In this document: positions 7,986 through 17,930 of the stretch, one piece after another
Position numbering within the stretch: the stretch's first letter is position 1
Layout: each line of letters opens with the position of its first letter
Virus record (IMG/VR): IMGVR_UViG_3300025168_000043
Coordinates: 1 to 64,000 of that record
Origin: a virus
Reading direction: 5' to 3' (one strand)
DNA: 64,000 nucleotides
The notes under the pieces: generated by a model
Seen by the model: only the letters and a program-made list of their open reading frames with translations
What the model was told of the DNA's origin: nothing
Databases searched by the model: none
Position numbers and translations under genes: made by a program

Positions 7986-7992
7986 GGTTTAA

Positions 7993-9261
7993 ATGAATAA
8001 GAAAAAGACAATCCTAGTCCTAGCAGATCACCCTATGGCACCATCTGGTGTTGGTACCCAAACTAAAAATTTTATTGAAACACTAATTTTAACTGGTAAA
8101 TATCGTTTTATTTGTTTTGGAGGCGCGATTAAACATCCAAGTTATGAACCACAGTTCATTTCAGATGAGAGATGGGGCGAAAAAGATTGGGTTGTGTACC
8201 CAGTAGATGGATATGGATCAGCGGAAAGTATTCGATCGATTTTGTGGACTGAGAAACCAGATGTACTTTGGTTTATGACAGATCCAAGATTTTATGGCTG
8301 GCTGTGGCAGATTGAAAATGAAGTACGACCTCTTATACCGATGGTTTATTATCATGTATGGGACAACTATCCGCCGCCTAAGTTCAATGCTAAATGGTAT
8401 CGTTCTACAGATGTGGTAGCGTCTATCTCAAAAGTAACCCACGATATAGTAAATAAAGTAGCCCCTGAAGTGGAGAATCATTATATTCCTCATGCTGTAA
8501 ATGATAAAATATTTTATAAAATCGAACAAGATCAGGTAGACAGTTTTATCAAAGAAACTTTCCCAGATCATGCAGGCCGCACAGTATTTTTTTGGAACAA
8601 TAGAAATGCACGTCGTAAGCACTCAGGCACTCTCTTACACTGGTTTAATAAATTTGCAGAAGAAGTGGGCCCAGAAAATGTTTGTCTAATAATGCATACA
8701 GATCCAAAAGACCCCAACGGACAAGATCTCCGCCAGATGATCGAAGATATGAATATAACAGACGGCCGCGTAGTATTATCTACTAATAAAATGCCAGCAG
8801 AAGGTCTTTCAATGATGTATAATATGGCAGATTGCACGATTAATATTTCGGACGCCGAAGGTTTTGGTTTGGCCACTCTTGAATCACTGTCCTGTGGAAC
8901 ACCTATTATTGTTAATATGACAGGAGGCCTCCAAGAACAAGTAACTGATGGTAATGAATGGTTTGGTATCGGGATTGAGCCATCAGCCAAGGCTCTGATT
9001 GGATCCCAGACGGTCCCATACATTTATGAAGATAGAATAAGTGAGAAAGATTTTATTGATTCTCTTAGAACTTTCTACAATATGTCTAAAGAAGAGAGAG
9101 AAGCGATGGGGCAAAAAGGAATCCAGCATGTAAGGATGAATTATGATTACAAAGGTTTTCAAGAAAAGTGGTTAAACCTTATTGATGACATTACAAACAG
9201 ATTAGGTTCTTGGGAAACCAGAAAAGGTTACAAGTCTTGGGAACTCAAGGAGGTATCGTGA
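7993..9261 (+). CDS. Glycosyltransferase family 4 (GT-B)
   Basis: SGVGTQ, NRNARRK, EGFGLATLESLSCGTP, GGLQE. Confidence 0.9.
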   Translation: MNKKKTILVLADHPMAPSGVGTQTKNFIETLILTGKYRFICFGGAIKHPSYEPQFISDERWGEKDWVVYPVDGYGSAESIRSILWTEKPDVLWFMTDPRFYGWLWQIENEVRPLIPMVYYHVWDNYPPPKFNAKWYRSTDVVASISKVTHDIVNKVAPEVENHYIPHAVNDKIFYKIEQDQVDSFIKETFPDHAGRTVFFWNNRNARRKHSGTLLHWFNKFAEEVGPENVCLIMHTDPKDPNGQDLRQMIEDMNITDGRVVLSTNKMPAEGLSMMYNMADCTINISDAEGFGLATLESLSCGTPIIVNMTGGLQEQVTDGNEWFGIGIEPSAKALIGSQTVPYIYEDRISEKDFIDSLRTFYNMSKEEREAMGQKGIQHVRMNYDYKGFQEKWLNLIDDITNRLGSWETRKGYKSWELKEVS

Positions 9262-11207
9262 AAAAAGTATTAGTTAGAGGCCCGGCGCTTTCACAATCAG
9301 GATACGGCGAGCACACTCGCTTTGTTCTGCGCGCCCTTCGGCTACAGGAGTCAGAACTAGATATTCATATCTTACCAACTGGATGGGGAGAGACAGGTTG
9401 GTTAGCTATTGATAATGAGGAAAGAGAATGGATTGATTCTAAAGTATTTGCCGGCGCACGCCACCTGCAACAAAATTTACCATATGATATATCTGTTCAA
9501 GTTACCATACCCAATGAATGGCAAAAAATTGCCTCAATTAATATTGGTGTTACAGCCGGCATTGAAACAAATAAAGTTTCATCTGTTTGGTTACAAAAAT
9601 GTAATGAGATGGATAGGATTATCACCATTTCTGAGCATGCAAAGAATGGTTTTGTTATGACTGAGTACCAAGGGCACAATAGTGAGACAGGTGCCCCTGT
9701 ACATTTACGATGTGAGACACCAGTTGACATTGCTGGATATCCCGTAAAAGACCATGAGGCTGCTGAGATCTCTCTAAATCTTGAGCATGATTTTAACTAT
9801 TTGGCTATCTCACAGTGGGGTCCGAGAAAAAATATGGCAAACCTCATTAGATGGTTTGTTGAAGAGAACCATGATCAAGAAGTAGGACTTATTTTAAAAA
9901 CTAGTTTAAAAAATAACTCTGTTGTAGATAGGGAATATATTGAAGAGGTAGTATCTCAATCAATACCAGAGATTGAAGAAAGAAAATGCAAAGTTTATCT
10001 CCTACATGGTGATATGTCCGAATCAGAAATACATTCGCTGTATAAACACCCAAAAGTAAAATGTCTAGTTTCACTAACACACGGAGAAGGATTTGGGTTA
10101 CCACTTTTTGAAGCTGCATACAGTGGACTACCAATCATCGCTCCAGCTTGGTCCGGACAGACCGATTTTCTATATGCACCAGCACAAACAAAATCTAAGA
10201 AAAACAAATTAAAACCTTATTTTGCTAACGTGGATTACACACTGGGACCAATTCATGAAAGTGCTGTGTGGCCCGGCGTTTTAGAAAAAGACACTGTATG
10301 GTGTTATCCTACGGAGGGTTCTTACAAAATACGTCTTAGACAAGTTAGAAAAAATTATGATAAATGGTTACAAAAAGCTAAATATTTGCAAAAATGGGTT
10401 AAGAAAGAATTTGGATGGTCCAAACAACACAGGAATCTATCAAATCTGATCCACAGCCCCGATCCAGCACACCTAATCTCTATAGATGACCTGCCTAAGA
10501 TTTCTATTATAACTTCAGTTTATGATGGGGATGATTTTATAAAATTGTTTCTAGAAGATATAACAAACCAAACCATATTTGAAGATAAATGTGAACTTAT
10601 TTTGATTAATGCAAATTCTCCGGGCAACGAAGAGACTGTTATAGAAGAATACATAAAGAAATACCCAAATAATATTACATACAAAAAGCTAGAGAAAGAT
10701 CCGGGATTATATGCTGTGTGGAATATGGGTATTAAGTTATCAACAGGAAAGTATATCACAAATGCAAATTTGGATGACAGAAAGGCCTCAAACGCGCTTG
10801 AAAGACACGCAAAAGAACTATTTGTAAATGAGGATGTGGACTTAGTATATGCTGATATGTCTATTACACATGAGCCTAACGAAACTTTCGAAGAAAATAG
10901 CTCTGATGGTCGTCGCTATAACTTCCCAGACTTTTCTCTTGCAAATCTCAAAATGACCAATATGCCCCATGCTGCACCGATGTGGAGAAGAGCATATCAT
11001 GATAAATACGGCTATTTTGATGAAAGCTATAAATCCGCTGGTGACTGGGAGCTATGGCTTCGTGGCGCTACAGAGGGGAGTAAGTTCAAAAAAATAAACA
11101 GTGTATTGGGTTTATATTATTTTAATCCGAAAGGGATTTCCACCAACCCAGAGAACTTTGCTTGGAAAAGAGAAGAAGAAAAAAAGGTATTTAAAAAGTA
11201 TCAATGA
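9258..11207 (+). CDS. Bifunctional glycosyltransferase GT4 + GT2
   Basis: GTG start after AGGAGG; SGYGEH, RKN, EGFGLPLFEAA (GT4); KISIITSVY, NLDD, AGDWELWLR (GT2). Confidence 0.9.
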   Translation: MKKVLVRGPALSQSGYGEHTRFVLRALRLQESELDIHILPTGWGETGWLAIDNEEREWIDSKVFAGARHLQQNLPYDISVQVTIPNEWQKIASINIGVTAGIETNKVSSVWLQKCNEMDRIITISEHAKNGFVMTEYQGHNSETGAPVHLRCETPVDIAGYPVKDHEAAEISLNLEHDFNYLAISQWGPRKNMANLIRWFVEENHDQEVGLILKTSLKNNSVVDREYIEEVVSQSIPEIEERKCKVYLLHGDMSESEIHSLYKHPKVKCLVSLTHGEGFGLPLFEAAYSGLPIIAPAWSGQTDFLYAPAQTKSKKNKLKPYFANVDYTLGPIHESAVWPGVLEKDTVWCYPTEGSYKIRLRQVRKNYDKWLQKAKYLQKWVKKEFGWSKQHRNLSNLIHSPDPAHLISIDDLPKISIITSVYDGDDFIKLFLEDITNQTIFEDKCELILINANSPGNEETVIEEYIKKYPNNITYKKLEKDPGLYAVWNMGIKLSTGKYITNANLDDRKASNALERHAKELFVNEDVDLVYADMSITHEPNETFEENSSDGRRYNFPDFSLANLKMTNMPHAAPMWRRAYHDKYGYFDESYKSAGDWELWLRGATEGSKFKKINSVLGLYYFNPKGISTNPENFAWKREEEKKVFKKYQ

Positions 11208-11866
11208 AAGTAATATCTTTTTCACTCTGGGGCCAAGATCCAAAATATTTGATTGGAGCTATTCGAAATGCTGAGTTGGCAAAAGAAATATACCCTGATT
11301 GGGTGTGCAGGTTTTACATCGGACAAAGTGTACCAAGCCAAGCAGTCTTACAACTAGAAAGGCACGACAATGTACAAATCGTGGAGAGGTTGGAGTTCGG
11401 AGACTGGCGCGGCATGTTCTGGAGGTTTCTACCAGCCTCTGAAGATTCAGTCGATGTCATGATATCTAGAGATACTGATTCTCGCTTAAGTATTAGAGAG
11501 AAAATGGCTGTAGATGAGTGGCTTGAGTCAGATAAAAAGATGCATATTATGAGAGATCATCCTCACCACGGGTATCCAATACTGGGTGGCATGTGGGGTG
11601 CAAAATCAGGTGCAATCAGTAATATAAAAAACTTGATTGATAATTTTGCCCAAGAAGATGCATACGGTACTGATTACAAATTTTTTGCAGAACTAATTTT
11701 TCCAACTTTAACACCTGATCAAGTTATGACTCACGATGAATTCTTTGATGGTCAGCCTTTTCCATCTCGGAGGCAAGGATTAGAATTTGTTGGACAGGTG
11801 TTCGATGAAAATGAAAAAACTATTATAGAACACCAAAATGCATTGCGAAGATATTATGATAAATGA
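11204..11866 (+). CDS. Putative GT-A glycosyltransferase (ISFSLWG type)
   Basis: MKVISFSLWG, MFWRF, SRDTDSR (DxD), MRDHPHH, GGMWG. Confidence 0.65.
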   Translation: MKVISFSLWGQDPKYLIGAIRNAELAKEIYPDWVCRFYIGQSVPSQAVLQLERHDNVQIVERLEFGDWRGMFWRFLPASEDSVDVMISRDTDSRLSIREKMAVDEWLESDKKMHIMRDHPHHGYPILGGMWGAKSGAISNIKNLIDNFAQEDAYGTDYKFFAELIFPTLTPDQVMTHDEFFDGQPFPSRRQGLEFVGQVFDENEKTIIEHQNALRRYYDK

Positions 11867-12563
11867 CAAACCCATAGTTATATTAGCTAGCGATGAAAAT
11901 CCATACTATAGTGATTTTTCCGATATTGTAATAAGAGCATGGGAAAAAATGGGTTTTGAAGTTGATTACACAATAATAAGTGATAAAAATAAATATGTTC
12001 CGGATTCTGTTATTCCATATGGAAATCAAGCACAAATTTGTCGAGTTTTGTCGCCCTATAGATATCCAAATCGAATTTGTATGACATCTGACATAGATAT
12101 GATGCCATTAAATAAAGAATATTTTGTCGAAGCCTTAAAAGCAATAAAGAATAAAGATGATTTTACAAGTCTCTCGTCAGATGCTCATTTGGGCAATGCT
12201 TTTTTTACTAGACATCCAATATGTTATTTGGCTGGTCACGGCTCAACGTTTTCAAAGATCACAGGGGTTATTGACATTACTAGTATGGAAAAGAAAATGT
12301 TAGATTGGTGGAATAAAGGTCACGGCTGGAATACTGATGAAATGTGTTTCTCGGCAGACCTTGGCGAAGCTATAGATGAAGAAGGCATAACACTACACAG
12401 CCAGTTAAGAGGTTGGCAGCATGGTCTAGCTAGAAGAAGACTTGATAGAAGCAACTGGGTCTTTTCTCATGAAAAGTTAATAAGTGATGAATATATCGAT
12501 GCCCACATGCCAAGACCTTATTCCAAATACAAAAACCATATTGATCAATTGATTCGAGATTAA
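11856..12563 (+). CDS. Putative GT-A glycosyltransferase
   Basis: AQICR, TSDIDMMP (DxD), WNTDE, YIDAHMPRP; island context. Confidence 0.55.
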   Translation: MINDKPIVILASDENPYYSDFSDIVIRAWEKMGFEVDYTIISDKNKYVPDSVIPYGNQAQICRVLSPYRYPNRICMTSDIDMMPLNKEYFVEALKAIKNKDDFTSLSSDAHLGNAFFTRHPICYLAGHGSTFSKITGVIDITSMEKKMLDWWNKGHGWNTDEMCFSADLGEAIDEEGITLHSQLRGWQHGLARRRLDRSNWVFSHEKLISDEYIDAHMPRPYSKYKNHIDQLIRD

Positions 12564-12566
12564 CAA

Positions 12567-13247
12567 ATGAAAGCTAAAGAAATGCCTTTTTATATTTGTC
12601 ATTGTAAAAAGCTAACCGAAAGAAGACCGCATCTTGAGTCCGAGTTGTCCAGAGTAGGAATACAGAAGGCCCAATGGATATTAAATTTTGATGCTGATGA
12701 ACTTACAGAAGAATATGTTTTTGATGTTTTGGAAACATCTTTGTGGTATGAAAGAATGCAGCTTCCTATCTATCCTTCACCCCCAACATACAGGGTATTA
12801 AGTAAACCAGTCACTTCTTTAGTCATGAAACATAGAGAAGCATATAGAATGTTTTTAGAGACAGGTGAGCCATATGCTTTGATATCTGAAGATGATACAT
12901 TTTTTCATCCTGATTATAATAGCTTATTTGAAAAATACTTTGCAACAATGCCAGAAGATGCAGACATAGTTCACATGTGTGCGGCATCTGATCTATTTCC
13001 TTCTAACATTTTGGATGGACAATATTTTTATGAAAATCACTTGACAAGAGGAACTGGACTGTATCTCATTTCTAGAAGAGCGGCAGAAATAATGCTAAAT
13101 GGTTTACACTTTTTCTGCGGTCCAATAGACTTTGAAATAAATTATTTTGTCTATAAACATGACCTTAAGTCATATTGGTTACACCCCTTGTTAGCGCACC
13201 AAGGATCTGAAACCATATATTCCTCCTCACTGGATGGCAAAAGATGA
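12567..13247 (+). CDS. Glycosyltransferase family 25-like
   Basis: ERR, LVMKH, ISEDD, YLISRRAA, PIDF. Confidence 0.8.
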   Translation: MKAKEMPFYICHCKKLTERRPHLESELSRVGIQKAQWILNFDADELTEEYVFDVLETSLWYERMQLPIYPSPPTYRVLSKPVTSLVMKHREAYRMFLETGEPYALISEDDTFFHPDYNSLFEKYFATMPEDADIVHMCAASDLFPSNILDGQYFYENHLTRGTGLYLISRRAAEIMLNGLHFFCGPIDFEINYFVYKHDLKSYWLHPLLAHQGSETIYSSSLDGKR

Positions 13248-13939
13248 TAGTCGAAAGTTACAGAGATTATATGAAAGGAAAACGTGTTGCACTCGTTGTA
13301 TCCGGCGCTTCATTATTTGAGAAGGGCTTAGGGGACTTAATAGAATCCTATGACGTTGTAGTTCGACTGAACCGTGCATTACCTGTTGATCCTAGAGGAG
13401 AAAGCGACGTTGGGAAAAGAACAGATGTATTGTATAATACTTTAGATGGTTTTTCTGATGCGGGTGGACCCATTGATGGTGATTTATGGAAAAGATCCGG
13501 AGTGAAATATGTGTGTAGCACTTATCCAAAGTCAGAATACTTCACATATCCAGAAAAATCATCCCATTTGAATAATATACTTCCAACGAGATGGATGAAA
13601 GATGAAGTCTACTACCCTATTCGTGAATACGTTAAATTCAGACCGAACTCTGGGACAACAACCTTAATGGATATATTGTCACACGATATTGGGAAAGTAC
13701 ACTTATTTGGTTTGGACTTTTTTAGAACTTTATATGATCCAAGATATCTACAATCAGGCGGTTCTAAAGAAGAATTTGAAAGACACTTAGCCACTAACAA
13801 GAGAGATCGCCATGATCCAGACTCCCAATATAAGTTTTTTAAACATGAAGTGTATCCTAATGATGATAGAATTGTAATAGATGAATATTTTAAAGAGATA
13901 TTAAAAAACCCAAAATATGATAAAATGTACTTTTTATAA
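13244..13939 (+). CDS. GT29-like sialyl/ulosonyl-transferase
   Basis: Sialylmotif L-like RVALV..LGDLIESYDVVVRLN..DVGKRTD; S-like PNSG..VHLFGLDFF; VS-like HDPDSQ. Confidence 0.8.
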   Translation: MIVESYRDYMKGKRVALVVSGASLFEKGLGDLIESYDVVVRLNRALPVDPRGESDVGKRTDVLYNTLDGFSDAGGPIDGDLWKRSGVKYVCSTYPKSEYFTYPEKSSHLNNILPTRWMKDEVYYPIREYVKFRPNSGTTTLMDILSHDIGKVHLFGLDFFRTLYDPRYLQSGGSKEEFERHLATNKRDRHDPDSQYKFFKHEVYPNDDRIVIDEYFKEILKNPKYDKMYFL

Positions 13940-13950
13940 AGGAGATAGAA

Positions 13951-15078
13951 GTGAAAGTAATCGCAATGATACCCGCCAGACTCGGCAGCAAAAGAATACC
14001 TAAAAAGAACATACGTTTGCTTAATAACAAACCTTTGATTTCTTATGTGATTGAGGCAGCTAAAGAGGCAGACTGTTTTGATGATATTTATGTAAACTCG
14101 GAATCAGAGTTGTTAGAGGAAATATCAAATAGTCATGGTATTAAATTTTATAAACGAAGTGAATATCTTGCATCCGATGAAGTAACTAATGACCATTTTG
14201 CAGATGATTTTTTGCAAAATACTGACTGTGACTACTTGATTCAAATACTACCCACTTCTCCTTTTATTACTCCTGTAGAAATACAAAATTTTGTTAAAAA
14301 GATTAAAGACACCGGATGTGATACCTTAGTATCTGTTGTTGACCAACAAATAGAATCAATGTATAACAACATGTCTATAAACTTTGATCAAAAGAAAATT
14401 ACTCCCCCTTCCCAAGAAGTAAACCCAGTTCAGGTCTATGCATGTTCTCTTATGGGGTGGAGAAAAAGTAATTACATGCAAAATATGAAAAGGTATAAGG
14501 CTGCTTATCATGGAGGAGAAGGCAAAATCGATACGTTTTCTTTAAAAGGGTATTCAACCATCGACATTGACAATGAGGAAGATTTTCAGCTTGCAGAGGT
14601 AACAGCGAAACATCTTTCAAATCTAGTTCAAACACCTCCTCAGTACTATAAATCTGGACAAACTTTTGATTCAAACCGTCTCAGGGTTCTTTTAGAAGAT
14701 GGTGTCGATAATAATACTATGAATGAATATAATAAGGAAATAGCGTCTATCGAAGAAATCATGACAAACAATCCTAAAGATAGGTGTTGGTCTCACACTT
14801 TGGTTAACTCGAAATCCACATGCGCTACTTTGATTGCTCAAATGCCGGGCGAAGGCAACAGATTACATTACCACAGTGACTGGGACGAATGGTGGCATAT
14901 CCTGCAAGGAGAGTGGGAATGGCTTGTTGAGGGCAGAGCCCTAACTGTTAAGAAGGGCGATTTAGTTTATATAGAGAGAAACAAGAAACATAAAATTACT
15001 GCAACTGGAACTGGTCAAGCTATTCGGTTGGCAGTCAGCAGAGAGGATGTTGATCATATCTATCCGGGGGATTTATGA
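13951..15078 (+). CDS. neuA: Acylneuraminate (ulosonate) cytidylyltransferase fused to C-terminal cupin
   Basis: IPARLGSKRIPKKN, PTSPF, IDIDNEEDF; cupin HYHSDWDEWW..H. Confidence 0.85.
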   Translation: MKVIAMIPARLGSKRIPKKNIRLLNNKPLISYVIEAAKEADCFDDIYVNSESELLEEISNSHGIKFYKRSEYLASDEVTNDHFADDFLQNTDCDYLIQILPTSPFITPVEIQNFVKKIKDTGCDTLVSVVDQQIESMYNNMSINFDQKKITPPSQEVNPVQVYACSLMGWRKSNYMQNMKRYKAAYHGGEGKIDTFSLKGYSTIDIDNEEDFQLAEVTAKHLSNLVQTPPQYYKSGQTFDSNRLRVLLEDGVDNNTMNEYNKEIASIEEIMTNNPKDRCWSHTLVNSKSTCATLIAQMPGEGNRLHYHSDWDEWWHILQGEWEWLVEGRALTVKKGDLVYIERNKKHKITATGTGQAIRLAVSREDVDHIYPGDL

Positions 15079-15476
15079 AACAAGAAATAAGAGAACACTC
15101 TTTTCCAGACGAAACTTATCAAGTTGGAATTGATTTTGATGGTGTCATTCATAGATGCTCAAAGGGTTTTTATGATGGTACAATTTATGACCCACCTATA
15201 GCGGGTTCTAAAGAGGCACTGAAAACAATATCAAAAAAGTTTGATATTGTAGTATACTCAGCTAAAGCACGATCCGATCGCCCTTTAATTAAAAATATGA
15301 CAGGAGTGGAATTAATTTGGGAATGGTTGGATAAATATGAAATGTCTCAATATGTTAAAGAAGTGACTGCCGAAAAGCCTAGAGCAGTATTTTACATTGA
15401 TGACAAAGCTGTTAGATTTCAAGGTAAATGGGATGATACTTTTACATCTTTGCAGAGGCTTGGTTACATTGAATGA
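15075..15476 (+). CDS. Small HAD-superfamily phosphatase
   Basis: IDFDGV, YSA, KP, YIDD motifs. Confidence 0.8.
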   Translation: MKQEIREHSFPDETYQVGIDFDGVIHRCSKGFYDGTIYDPPIAGSKEALKTISKKFDIVVYSAKARSDRPLIKNMTGVELIWEWLDKYEMSQYVKEVTAEKPRAVFYIDDKAVRFQGKWDDTFTSLQRLGYIE

Positions 15477-16642
15477 GAAACTTTGCAAGAAATAGTAAGT
15501 TTAATATAAACATAGATTTTGAAAAATGTTTGGGCTCTTACATATATGACAAGAATACGAATAAAAGATATTTAGATTTTTTCGGTATGTATGCCTCTCT
15601 TCCGCTTGGGTATAAGCATCCTATATTCTTAACGGAATCTTTCAAACAAGAAATGTTAAGAGTTTCATCATTTAAAGTAACAAACTGTGAGTTCACCTCG
15701 GATGAAGCATTGGAGTTTGACAATATATTCTCCAGATATGCTGGTCAGGGAGAATATGACTTTTTTCACTATTGTTGTACTGGTTCTTTAGCAGTCGAAA
15801 CAGCAATAAAAGTTTGTATGTTTCACAAAAAGCATCAAAATCCAAAAATAATTTCATTTCACAATAGTTTTCATGGTATTAATGGATTTGGTTCTTTTGT
15901 AACCTCTCGGTTCTTCCCAGTACATAAAAAACTAGATTTTATGCCGGAGACATACTCAGAAAAAGTAAATATGAACTTAGAGGAAGTTGAGAAGCTTCTG
16001 AAAAACAACGATATTACTTGCATCTTAGTAGAACCAATTCAGTGTAGTTCAGGAGATATACACCACGATCGTAATTTTTTCTTAAAGCTCCAAGAAATGG
16101 GATCATATTACAATGTCCCTATTGTGTATGATGAGGTACAGATAGGCTTTGGTACAACTGGAAAATTGTGGTATTTTAATCAAATACAGACATCCCCTGA
16201 CATAGTTGTATTTGGCAAGAAAACGCAGCTATCAGGCATAATGGCCAAAGATAAATTCAAAAACATTTTTCATAAAAACAATTGCACTAAATTGGAAGTA
16301 ACTTGGGACTCCGACGTTACAGACATGATCAGGTGCAAGTATATTATAAAAGCATATGAAGAATATAACATATTAGAAAATGTAAATAAACAATCAAAAA
16401 CTCTTATGGATGGTCTTCATACCATCGACGCACTGAAAAATATCAGAAACTGTGGTTTAATTGTAGGATTTGACTTGACTTCTGCAACAAAACGGGATAC
16501 ATTAGTAAAGAATGCTTACAAAAATGGTCTGATATGCAACAGCACAGGTCTTAAATCAGTTAGATTAAGGCCAAGCCTGAGCATAAACAATGATGATATT
16601 CAAGCAGCTATAAAGATTATAAAGAAATCTTGTAAGGAATAA
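15473..16642 (+). CDS. Class III PLP aminotransferase (lysine 6-aminotransferase-like)
   Basis: YLDFF, GSLAVETAIK, SFHG, EPIQ, DEVQIGFG, FGKK, RLRP. Confidence 0.88.
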   Translation: MRNFARNSKFNINIDFEKCLGSYIYDKNTNKRYLDFFGMYASLPLGYKHPIFLTESFKQEMLRVSSFKVTNCEFTSDEALEFDNIFSRYAGQGEYDFFHYCCTGSLAVETAIKVCMFHKKHQNPKIISFHNSFHGINGFGSFVTSRFFPVHKKLDFMPETYSEKVNMNLEEVEKLLKNNDITCILVEPIQCSSGDIHHDRNFFLKLQEMGSYYNVPIVYDEVQIGFGTTGKLWYFNQIQTSPDIVVFGKKTQLSGIMAKDKFKNIFHKNNCTKLEVTWDSDVTDMIRCKYIIKAYEEYNILENVNKQSKTLMDGLHTIDALKNIRNCGLIVGFDLTSATKRDTLVKNAYKNGLICNSTGLKSVRLRPSLSINNDDIQAAIKIIKKSCKE

Positions 16643-16644
16643 CA

Positions 16645-17253
16645 ATGTTGATTGATTTTGAAAATATAAGTCAAAAATGTACCGATGCATCTTTGACTAA
16701 AGAATATGATATTTTGGTGAAAAAAGTAAATAATGCCAAAAAGATATTTTTAATAGGTAACGGTGGTCTCCACTTTGTAGCCAGCCATATGGCAACTGAT
16801 TTATCTCGTCTTATACCAAATAAAGCAGTTTATTCATTTGACAGTGTTGGGTTCATAACATCAAATGCTAATGATCATGGATATGATAAGATTTTTATTC
16901 GCTGGTTGCAAACAATCGCGCATGGTGTGGAGGACCCGAATGATTGCCTTATTATAGGACTATCTTGTTCTGGCAACTCTGGTAATGTGGTTGATGCCTT
17001 ACATTGGGCTGAATCAGAGAACTATAATACATTTATGATCAGCGGCCAAAAATCAGAAGTCTTGAGAGATAACATAGACCAGTTAAACTTAAAGTGTGAC
17101 TTCTTTCATACAGTTGAGGTTATGTGCTTGATGGTATTTTATGATTTGATACACAGGACTGGTAACCACTGTCCTTCCATCAGACAAGAAAAAGATAGGT
17201 TGTGTGATTCTCCGCTAAGGAAGAGTGGTGATGATTCATGGGAGCCACTGTGA
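16645..17253 (+). CDS. SIS-domain phosphosugar isomerase (divergent GmhA-like)
   Basis: IGNGG..ASHMATD, ANDHGY, LSCSGNSGNV. Confidence 0.82.
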   Translation: MLIDFENISQKCTDASLTKEYDILVKKVNNAKKIFLIGNGGLHFVASHMATDLSRLIPNKAVYSFDSVGFITSNANDHGYDKIFIRWLQTIAHGVEDPNDCLIIGLSCSGNSGNVVDALHWAESENYNTFMISGQKSEVLRDNIDQLNLKCDFFHTVEVMCLMVFYDLIHRTGNHCPSIRQEKDRLCDSPLRKSGDDSWEPL

Positions 17254-17930
17254 AGCTAAATCAGCTTTTGGTATCTGAAAACAAAAAATTTGTGTACCAT
17301 TATATTCCCCGAGCCGGAGCTAGTTCTCTTAAATATCATTTACAAGATTATTTAGAGGGTATGGTTAGAGTAGAAAAAGAGAATGTAGAAGTTAGAAATT
17401 CTCCATTGCATACAAATACAACAAAGGTGCAAAAACCCTCTCTTGAGTTGCCGCAATACAAGGATTATTTCAAATTTATTGTAGTTAGAAACCCATACGA
17501 TAGAATAATTTCATATTACTATGAGTATATAACATCTGGCACAGCCCATTTTCGACATCCTGTGACCCACAATAAAATAGATACTTTCGATAAGTACATC
17601 GATGCTCTACAAAATATAAGGTCGTGGGGTCCAGAACACGATCATATTATGCCTATATGTTTAATGGCCATGCCACTATTCATATATGATAAAATATACA
17701 AGTTAGAGCAAGGCTGTTTTGGAGAGATTTCTAAGGATATTAAAGTGAAGGATTTTGAGAATATTAGATTTAGTGTCTCTTCTAGGGATGGGGAACAAGA
17801 AATCATGACAAATGAACAGGTTGATAGAGTTATTAAAACAGCCGAGATGATTTATATGCAAGACCTGTATGAGTTTGGGTATAATAAGCAAAGTTCAAAA
17901 TATTTGGAGAAGTTTAATGCCGTTAGCTAA
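17238..17930 (+). CDS. Carbohydrate sulfotransferase (Sulfotransfer_2-like)
   Basis: 5'-PSB-like YIPRAGASS, 3'-PB VRNPYDRIISYY, HIMP, YMQDLYEFGY. Confidence 0.8.
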   Translation: MGATVKLNQLLVSENKKFVYHYIPRAGASSLKYHLQDYLEGMVRVEKENVEVRNSPLHTNTTKVQKPSLELPQYKDYFKFIVVRNPYDRIISYYYEYITSGTAHFRHPVTHNKIDTFDKYIDALQNIRSWGPEHDHIMPICLMAMPLFIYDKIYKLEQGCFGEISKDIKVKDFENIRFSVSSRDGEQEIMTNEQVDRVIKTAEMIYMQDLYEFGYNKQSSKYLEKFNAVS

